From contig JAZRVP010000002.1 of NCBI GenBank assembly GCA_045599245.1, forward strand, positions 4,488 to 68,487: a DNA stretch of 64,000 nt, written 5' to 3'. Position numbers and translations under genes: made by a program. The first letter of the stretch is position 1; every line of letters begins with the position of its first letter. The DNA comes from Myxococcota bacterium. GTDB lineage: Bacteria > Myxococcota_A > Bradymonadia > UBA4248. The notes under the pieces were generated by a model that was not told the DNA's origin, ran no database searches, and worked only from the letters and a program-made list of their open reading frames with translations. Shown in pieces: positions 17,195 through 23,455 of this stretch.

Positions 17195-17284
17195 CTGCCC
17201 CGAACCCCGCTGGGGCTTTGCCCGATTCCGAAAAGCAGTTGCCATTCGTGCATATCTGCCCCGAACCCCGCTGGGGCTCTGCCC
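17195..17284 (+). repeat. two tandem copies of the CTGCCCCGAACCCCGCTGGGGCT(T/C)TGCCC motif (a third, CTGCCCCCGAACCCCGCC, at 22031..22048)
   Basis: Seen directly at 17195..17223 and 17256..17284. Each unit contains a cccc-gct-gggg mini-hairpin. Confidence 0.6.
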
Positions 17285-17292
17285 CTTTCCTC

Positions 17293-17411
17293 AGTTCGCA
17301 ATATGAAATGCACTTCGTTTCCCGAGCCAGCCTCACCGCTTTGTCACTACGTGACGTTCGCCGTCTCCTTTATGGCGAGGGGGGATTTTGGGTAACATTT
17401 CATTTGCTCAC
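17293..17411 (+). repeat. structured repeat: conserved 36-nt 5' arm + variable perfect hairpin + conserved 3' arm (copy 1)
   Basis: 5' arm agttcgcaatatgaaatgcacttcgtttcccgagcc, inner hairpin gtcac-tac-gtgac, 3' arm catttcatttgctcac. The 36-nt 5' arm recurs exactly, inverted, at 63965..64000, and the copy-1 3' arm recurs with one mismatch (catttcatttgctcacGggg vs ..Tggg); the enclosed hairpin there is different but again perfect. Confidence 0.65.
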
Positions 17412-17413
17412 GG

Positions 17414-17499
17414 GGCTCTCGTCAATTTCTGCCTTAATATTGTGTAACAATCCTTTTTTTTTCGCCAATCTCTGCATATTTCAGTAGATTTGGGAATTA
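17414..17499 (+). promoter_or_regulatory. conserved ~85-nt leader/promoter-like element, copy 1 (upstream of csrA)
   Basis: ggctctcgtcaatttctgccttaatattgtgtaacaatcc...cgccaatctctgcatatttcagtagatttgggaatta, about 85% identical to 22142..22225. It contains the near-palindrome ttgtgtaacaa and a TAgaTTTG motif. Confidence 0.55.
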
Positions 17500-17607
17500 G
17501 GCGTGTCTGAGAAGTAACGATTTGGCGACCAAACCTACATGTGGTTTTATTACATTATTTTAAGTCTAAATACGCCAAAAGCGAGATAAAACCTAGATAA
17601 TTTGCAA

Positions 17608-17716
17608 ATGAGGGAAGAGGGATTATAAGTCGCGGAGTTGAGAACAGCCAGAAGGGTTGTGAACTTAGTCAAGGAAGACGGGATATTATCCCGGTTTCAT
17701 CAGGAAAAGAGGCAAT
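17608..17716 (+). promoter_or_regulatory. GGA-rich csrA leader (candidate CsrA autoregulatory / titration region)
   Basis: Six GGA motifs lie in ~100 nt upstream of the csrA start: gagGGAag, agagGGAtt, cgcGGAgtt, caaGGAaga, acgGGAtat, tcaGGAaaa. The last (tcaGGAaaa) adjoins the SD aagagg. Confidence 0.5.
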
Positions 17717-17941
17717 ATGCTGACATTAACGCGCAAACCTGAAGAGACAATTGTCATAGGAGACGGGCCGGAACGGATCGAAGTGATTGTGAAAGAGATC
17801 AGACGCAATCAGGTTCGGCTAGGGATAGTGGCCCCTGACAATGTGAGGATATTCAGAAAAGAGTTGATAGATCGCGAGGATGAAGAACGCGAGGAATCCG
17901 TGGACGTGACGTCAAGAGAAGAGGGCACACCGAAAAGATAA
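17717..17941 (+). CDS. csrA: carbon storage regulator CsrA (RNA-binding translational regulator) with acidic C-terminal extension
   Basis: MLTLTRKPEETIVIGDGPERIEVIVKEIRRNQVRLGIVAPDNVRIFRKEL matches the CsrA signature (MLxLTRK.GE...IGD......G.QV(R)(I/L)G(I)(D/V)AP..V.I.R.E). The SD is aagagg. Confidence 0.85.
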   Translation: MLTLTRKPEETIVIGDGPERIEVIVKEIRRNQVRLGIVAPDNVRIFRKELIDREDEEREESVDVTSREEGTPKR

Positions 17942-18077
17942 AGTTTGACGCAATAACAGGATAGGTGTTAGATAAAGAGACTAGGTGTAAAGAAGCACCA
18001 TTTGTATAGTTGGAAGAGATTTTCGCAAGAGAAGCTTTCAGCAGATTTTTTAAGTATTTTGATGAGGAGTCGCATCC

Positions 18078-19832
18078 ATGATTCAGGCCTTCGTATCGCT
18101 CAAGCCGCAGCAACCATCGCGAACGGAGTCCGGAATGCGGAGTTTTTTTGAAGCTCTGCAGGGAGCTGTTTTCAGTCAACCCACGATATTCCGGACCAAT
18201 GCGGATGCATCAATCCGACCATACTCGCTTGACGCAGTGTGTGAAGCTGCATTAAATCCGGGCTGCAAGTTTGTCGTTTTGAGAGCAGAATGCGAAAAAT
18301 TCTGGCAATGTACCTTCCTTCTTCCGGACAAGCAGGGAATGGGGGCATTATTTTTCGATCTTCAACGCCAGGAAAATCCGCGACGTCTCTCGCCAGACAG
18401 CCTGATAGAGATGTTCAAGAAGCTCTATCTTTCTCTTCAGCCGCGTCTTATCCGCATCGGCGATTCAGAAGCAAGAGAGAAGCTCAAGAGCCGTCACGGT
18501 CTGGTAATGATGCCTGGTTTGGGACGTATTGAGTGGCTTCAGATCGTTTCGCGAGAAGTTTATGGCGACATTTATAACTCATCAGAGCTCATTGCATCGC
18601 CAGGCTTTTCGACCGAAGTTTGGGAAGACGGTGCTCTCTTTATGCGAGTTTATGACGATCCCAATGACTGGGATCTCGAAGACAATATTTCTCGCGCCAA
18701 CTTCGTTCCCGGTTTTCTCGCAGGTATTGCCAAGATTTCTGACAGCGAAAAACAGAAAGAGACGCTGCGCGATCTTGAAAAAATCTGGACGCGTGCTGAA
18801 AAGACGGCTGAAAAAGCTTACGAAGTTCTCGATGCAGACCCGAACGCCAAGAAAGATACAGGCGTCAAGGTAAAAGAAGAAAAACAAGTGGTCGATGAGA
18901 CACCGCTTGTGAGCGAAGCTGCTGCCGAAGAAGGCGATGATGCCAAACTGGCTATCGTCAAGAAGAGACTCGAAGCCGATTATAAGATCACCGATATCGT
19001 TAAAGCCGGTCAGGAAGGCATTTGTACACTCTTCAAAGTCAAAGCCGAAAGAAGACCTGTCTTCTACGCAACCTATCAGGATATCGATCGCAAAGTCTTC
19101 ATCCTTACCGATATTGAAGACCTTGGCCGCTTCCTCGCCATTAACGACTGCGCTATCAAACCCGAGTGCTTTGACAAAATTAAATCACTCACAAAAAAAT
19201 ACTATCATCCCGACTATCAGCTGCTTGATTCTCTCGATGAACTGCCCGATACAGTCATTCGCGATCGCAGAATGCCCGATATGCGCGCAGAATTTAAGCC
19301 AGCCGCCGTTGAAAATATTGACGGAACACTTTCTCTCACATTCTGGTTCTATAAACCCGAACTTCTCGGTCTTGAAACCATTACATTTACACAAATGGAT
19401 GGCTGGCCCATGCAGCTCAACGCCAAAGTCCAGTGTACGGATATGGAAAATGAACCGGAAGTCAAGCCTGACCCCGTTCAGGAAGTCAAAGCTGAACCGG
19501 CAAAAGTCGAAGAGCCTGCAAAAGCTGAAGAACCTGCAAAAGAAGATGAAAAGGCAAGTGAAGGAGAAAGCCCGGTCTTCAATCTCGTCGACGACAATAA
19601 ACCTAAAGCCAAGAGAAAATCCGCTCAGGCAGAAGAAGAGGATGAAGTTCCTGAAAAAGCCGATGACAAAGGCGGCTTAAGCACCGGCGCAAAAGCTGGT
19701 ATTGCGGCAGTCTTCATCATTATCTTGATTGCTATTGTACTCTATGCTCTGGGTGTATTTGGTGGTGGTCAGGCAGACAACTCTTCAGTGCCGTCCGAAC
19801 CATCGAATGCGGCTGAACAGCCTGCCGAATAA
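18078..19832 (+). CDS. hypothetical protein with C-terminal transmembrane anchor, acidic EPAK-type low-complexity linker
   Basis: ATG at 18078 with gaggag SD. A single C-terminal TM helix (GIAAVFIIILIAIVLYALGVF) follows a KVEEPAKAEEPAKEDEK linker. No recognisable domain. Confidence 0.7.
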   Translation: MIQAFVSLKPQQPSRTESGMRSFFEALQGAVFSQPTIFRTNADASIRPYSLDAVCEAALNPGCKFVVLRAECEKFWQCTFLLPDKQGMGALFFDLQRQENPRRLSPDSLIEMFKKLYLSLQPRLIRIGDSEAREKLKSRHGLVMMPGLGRIEWLQIVSREVYGDIYNSSELIASPGFSTEVWEDGALFMRVYDDPNDWDLEDNISRANFVPGFLAGIAKISDSEKQKETLRDLEKIWTRAEKTAEKAYEVLDADPNAKKDTGVKVKEEKQVVDETPLVSEAAAEEGDDAKLAIVKKRLEADYKITDIVKAGQEGICTLFKVKAERRPVFYATYQDIDRKVFILTDIEDLGRFLAINDCAIKPECFDKIKSLTKKYYHPDYQLLDSLDELPDTVIRDRRMPDMRAEFKPAAVENIDGTLSLTFWFYKPELLGLETITFTQMDGWPMQLNAKVQCTDMENEPEVKPDPVQEVKAEPAKVEEPAKAEEPAKEDEKASEGESPVFNLVDDNKPKAKRKSAQAEEEDEVPEKADDKGGLSTGAKAGIAAVFIIILIAIVLYALGVFGGGQADNSSVPSEPSNAAEQPAE

Positions 19833-19868
19833 TTAAATCCCCCTTCCCACAGTAGGGTTTATCTTTTC

Positions 19869-19900
19869 AGCCCGGTTGCCACAGTGACCGGGCTTTTTTA
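19869..19900 (+). terminator. Rho-independent terminator
   Basis: gcccggt-tgccacagtg-accgggc followed by T6. Confidence 0.7.
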
Positions 19901-19932
19901 TTCCTGTTTCTGCTTTATTTTGGAGTTTTATT

Positions 19933-20601
19933 ATGGGTTCATTAGAAGGCGGCCTCACTTTTAAAACTTTTTACGTCGAGGGCGAGCCACCCAACGATTT
20001 TCAGGAAGCCTATCTCCACAACCTGCAAAGCCATTTTTTTGAACCACTCAGTCCTGTTGGTGAAGAAGAACGTTCCGTGGGATGGGTTCCGACTCAAGAT
20101 CCCATTGCAGAAGAATTCAGACGTGATCACGTTTTTTTCAATCAGTACATCGTCTTCTCAATGAGAATCGACAAATGGGCTTTGCCGGCACCATGGGTGA
20201 AAGCCATGACACGGCAGGCCATTGCCGAAAGACTCCCCGAACTGACGGCAGAAGAAGCTCAAAAACAAAAAGATGACGGCAAACTTCGTCCAACAGCAAA
20301 ACTCTCCAAGAGAGAAAAAGATAAAATCAAACTCGAAGTCATCACCGATATTAAGCATAAAATTCTTCCCGCGATGAAAATCATCGATGTTGTCTGGAAC
20401 ATTTCGGAATGCACCGTTCGGTTCTGGTCCACATCAAACGCGGTTTGTGATGAATTTACTGACCTTTTTGAAGCAACTTTTGGCCTGACACTTAATGCCG
20501 ATTCGCCATTTCTCATGGCGCAACATTTGGGCATCTCGGAAAAATTACTCGATGAAATGGTCGATGAAGAGCCCTGGCACCCGATTTTCGAAGAAGATTA
20601 A
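19933..20601 (+). CDS. RdgC-like recombination-associated protein, N-terminal and central part
   Basis: Architecture resembles RdgC as recalled: the SVGWVP region, KWALPAPWVK vs RdgC KILPSPVIK, and KREKDKIKLEV vs KKTEKDSLKDEV. It ends with TAA overlapping the SD of the next ORF. Confidence 0.6.
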   Translation: MGSLEGGLTFKTFYVEGEPPNDFQEAYLHNLQSHFFEPLSPVGEEERSVGWVPTQDPIAEEFRRDHVFFNQYIVFSMRIDKWALPAPWVKAMTRQAIAERLPELTAEEAQKQKDDGKLRPTAKLSKREKDKIKLEVITDIKHKILPAMKIIDVVWNISECTVRFWSTSNAVCDEFTDLFEATFGLTLNADSPFLMAQHLGISEKLLDEMVDEEPWHPIFEED

Positions 20602-20613
20602 GGAGAATTCACC

Positions 20614-21141
20614 ATGGACATGTTTGAAAAAATCGAGCGAACCCGTCACTTTGGTGAACTCTTTCTGATGTGGCTCTGGTACCATTCAGAAATTGATGAC
20701 ACCATTTTTTATCTCAGCGACGGCAGTGTACTCACACTCGCGATAGACAATCAAATCACACTGGAAGCCAAACTGACCGAAGCTGAAAAAACGGTCCTTT
20801 CGGGCGGTGCACCGGCCGACAGCCGTGAAGCCTACGAAGCACTCAGACAGGGAAAAGTCGTTTCTCAGGCTAAAATTCGTCTTCAAAGAGATGAAAAAGA
20901 ATGGATTTTCTGCCTTACCGGAGCCACGCTTGACATTTCCGGACTCAAAATTCCTGCCCTCATGACAAAAGCTGACGACGACAAACTTTATGAACGACAG
21001 GGACTTATCGAGGAAATTGATGGTCTGATTCGTGGACTGTTCGAAAAATTCCTCTCCATCCGCCTCTCCCATGACAACTGGAAAACAGAATACGATAACA
21101 TCTGTGACTGGATTCTGCGCAAATCACGGGGCGAAGAATAA
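20614..21141 (+). CDS. RdgC-like C-terminal domain protein (separate, translationally coupled ORF)
   Basis: GKVVSQAKIRLQRDEKEWIFCLTGATLDISGLK resembles RdgC's [29 protein letters not shown]. The start lies 13 nt after the upstream stop, with aaggag overlapping that stop. Confidence 0.55.
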   Translation: MDMFEKIERTRHFGELFLMWLWYHSEIDDTIFYLSDGSVLTLAIDNQITLEAKLTEAEKTVLSGGAPADSREAYEALRQGKVVSQAKIRLQRDEKEWIFCLTGATLDISGLKIPALMTKADDDKLYERQGLIEEIDGLIRGLFEKFLSIRLSHDNWKTEYDNICDWILRKSRGEE

Positions 21142-21165
21142 GAAAATTAAGAGAACGGACAGCCC

Positions 21166-21978
21166 ATGGAATCTTTCTTTTCGATTTACATCTCACCTTT
21201 TATTCTGGCCATTTTACAGGGGATCAGTGAATTTCTTCCGATCTCCAGTTCCGGCCACCTCATTCTTCTCAACACACTCATGCCCGTAGATGCAGGTCTT
21301 TTGTTCGACCTGGTGCTGCATTTTGCCACACTCATCAGTGTAGTCGCATTTTATCGCCGGGATATTGCAGAGATTTGTGTTGGCTGTGTTCAGGAAATTC
21401 GCACTCCCGTTGAAAAGAAAAATCTGAAATTTGTCGGTTTTCTTCTGGCAGCAACTTTTATTACCGGCATTATCGGTCTGTGTCTCAATGACTGGGTCGA
21501 AACGACTTTCCGTTCAGCAGTCATTGTCGGAAGTCTGCTCATTCTCAATGCCGGAATTCTCTGGTGTTCAAGAAAGAAAGGGCTCTGGAAATTAACGGAT
21601 GGAGCCTTAAACCTGAAAACAGCCCTGCTCATTGGACTGGCACAAGGACTGGCTGTTCTCCCCGGCATTTCACGTTCGGGAACGACCATTACAGCGGCAC
21701 TTCTCATGAGCGTTTCGCCAAAAGACTGCGCCAAAATTAGTTTTCTGCTCTCCATTCCGGTCATCTGCGGCGCACTCATTCTGCACATTCCCGATATGGA
21801 AAAAATGGAAATATCCAACCTGACTGTCACCATTTGCGCCGCCATTTGCGCCGCCATCGTCGGATATGTCAGCCTTGTTCTGCTCGATAAAATCCTAAAA
21901 AAAGCGAATTTTCACCATTTCGCCCCCTACTGTCTTGCCGTAGGCATCCTTGCCATTACACTTTCACTCATTTTCTGA
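21166..21978 (+). CDS. uppP: undecaprenyl-diphosphatase
   Basis: ILQGISEFLPISSSGHL and GISRSGTTI signatures, and a polytopic membrane profile. Confidence 0.9.
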   Translation: MESFFSIYISPFILAILQGISEFLPISSSGHLILLNTLMPVDAGLLFDLVLHFATLISVVAFYRRDIAEICVGCVQEIRTPVEKKNLKFVGFLLAATFITGIIGLCLNDWVETTFRSAVIVGSLLILNAGILWCSRKKGLWKLTDGALNLKTALLIGLAQGLAVLPGISRSGTTITAALLMSVSPKDCAKISFLLSIPVICGALILHIPDMEKMEISNLTVTICAAICAAIVGYVSLVLLDKILKKANFHHFAPYCLAVGILAITLSLIF

Positions 21979-22141
21979 CATCCATAACCACGCACCACTC
22001 TTTTTTTTTCGTTACTATTCAGGCGGAGCTCTGCCCCCGAACCCCGCCAAAGAGCTGAGCCTTTTGGAATCCTCAATATTTTAGGTGAATAAAAACTATT
22101 GGAGCTGCCTTACAATTGTTCCCCGCCGGGGCCCCTCCCCC

Positions 22142-22225
22142 GGCTCTCGTCAAATTTTACCTTATTATTGCGTAATAATCCGCTTTTCGCCAATCACTGA
22201 TCATATTTCAGAGGTTTGTGAATTA
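22142..22225 (+). promoter_or_regulatory. conserved ~85-nt leader/promoter-like element, copy 2 (upstream of small secreted-protein gene)
   Basis: ggctctcgtcaaattttaccttattattgcgtaataatccgcttttcgccaatcactgatcatatttcagaggtttgtgaatta. It is preceded by the CTGCCCCCGAACCCCGCC motif at 22031. Confidence 0.55.
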
Positions 22226-22332
22226 ACCCAGGCTGTGCTGTAACTTTTTTTATCGATTTATGGCGCGGATTTTGACTAGATGCTATAGTCTTCTCGTGCT
22301 GAACCCGTGTGTTAAATAAAAGGAGAATTAAA

Positions 22333-22728
22333 ATGAAAAAAGCACTTGTTTTCGTCATGATGGCAGTAGGGTTATTGACAGTTTCCACGACAGCATTTGC
22401 CTATGAAAAGGGCGATCGTGTTCTCGCTTTATGGGAAGATGCTTTCTGGTATCCCGGAACAGTTCAGTCACAGGACGGCAACGTTGTTCTGATTTATTTT
22501 GATGACGGCGACAAAGCAACCGTTGACTCGGAACGCGTAAACAAACTGGACTGGGCGGCCGGCGACAAAGTTGAATGCCGTTGGGACTACGACAACAAGA
22601 ATTATCCCGGCACCTTCGTAAAAGTTGAAGGCGAAAATGTCCGCATCGTCTATGACGACGGTGACAAAGCCAATACGACGGCATCGCGCTGCCGCCAGAG
22701 TCGCGCCAGCCGACTTGTCGGCCGCTAA
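22333..22728 (+). CDS. small secreted protein with two tandem ~45-aa Tudor/Agenet/SH3-like beta-barrel repeats
   Basis: ATG at 22333 with aaggag SD. Signal peptide MKKALVFVMMAVGLLTVSTTAFA. The repeats are GDRVLALWEDAFWYPGTVQSQDGNVVLIYFDDGDKATV / GDKVECRWDYDNKNYPGTFVKVEGENVRIVYDDGDKANT. Confidence 0.7.
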   Translation: MKKALVFVMMAVGLLTVSTTAFAYEKGDRVLALWEDAFWYPGTVQSQDGNVVLIYFDDGDKATVDSERVNKLDWAAGDKVECRWDYDNKNYPGTFVKVEGENVRIVYDDGDKANTTASRCRQSRASRLVGR

Positions 22729-22754
22729 TTCCGGCATTATCCCTAAATTTATGA

Positions 22755-22777
22755 ACCGGCTTCGGCCGGTTTTTTTG
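22755..22777 (+). terminator. Rho-independent terminator
   Basis: aaccggc-ttcg-gccggtt followed by T7. Confidence 0.7.
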
Positions 22778-22786
22778 CCTCTAACT

Positions 22787-23344
22787 ATGATGACAATCGT
22801 TGAAAAATATGAACGCAGTCTTTGCACCGAAAACTGCGATGAACTTTTCAAAACGATCGATGCCATGTCGGCTCAGGACAATCCCCTCCCGATTTCCTTA
22901 TGGAAATCGGCGTGTCATGCTTTGCAACTGATTGCTCAAAAAACGTGGTGGAAATGCCAATGCGGGCCCATTGAACCCAATGCATCAACCATCGATGCAC
23001 TTTGTCCAACATGCGGAGAATTCAGAATTTTACCGCAAAGAATGCAAAGATCACCCTGGCCATTGTATATTATTTGTCTCAAACATTTATATCCGGAGAC
23101 ATGGTTTGACGCATTATTTGCCTGGATGAAGCAAAAATATCCGGAAACAGAAATCAAAGCCGGCGTATGTCCAAAGGACATAGCCGGCGGGGGGAGCGCC
23201 GTATTGCCACCGGCAATAGGCGCGCGGGGGGCCGTGCCCCACGTCCCAAACGCCATTCACTGTATTGACGGCATGATCATCGAAGATACAGGCACGATTC
23301 GCGGCCTGCAATGGATTGCCCTTCCCATGATGCCGATCGATTGA
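22787..23344 (+). CDS. hypothetical protein with CxC...CxxC zinc-ribbon-like motif; 3' third of ORF is built from palindromic repeats
   Basis: The start was re-set to MMTIVEK at 22787, after the terminator. WKCQCGPIEPNASTIDALCPTCGE resembles a Zn ribbon. Codons 22787+ ~375..460 coincide with the hairpin repeats at 23159..23243. Confidence 0.4.
   Translation: MMTIVEKYERSLCTENCDELFKTIDAMSAQDNPLPISLWKSACHALQLIAQKTWWKCQCGPIEPNASTIDALCPTCGEFRILPQRMQRSPWPLYIICLKHLYPETWFDALFAWMKQKYPETEIKAGVCPKDIAGGGSAVLPPAIGARGAVPHVPNAIHCIDGMIIEDTGTIRGLQWIALPMMPID
23159..23243. repeat. GC-rich hairpin repeats embedded in the 22787..23344 ORF (family member R5)
   Basis: gccggcgtatgtcc-aaa-ggacatagccggc; gcgccgtattgcc-acc-ggcaataggcgcgc (its reverse complement is nearly identical to R3); gggggccgtgcccc. 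Confidence 0.6.
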
Positions 23345-23455
23345 CAAAATCATCCTTAACCCAACTTAGTCTCGAAATACGTTTGCTTTTTTGCTAAATG
23401 AGCGGCGTTTTCCTCCGCATTCTGCGGCCAGAATCTTTAATATGAGGTAAAAATC

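Noticed and set aside
17007-17336. 109-aa minus ORF and 95-aa plus ORF (17019..17306) over the tRNA region
   Set aside because: They overlap tRNA-Trp and the non-coding repeats. No coding signal.
17500-17716. A CsrB-like sRNA gene rather than a csrA 5' UTR
   Set aside because: Only six GGA motifs, with no repeated stem-loop array and no terminator before csrA. I treat it as a leader unless transcript mapping shows otherwise.
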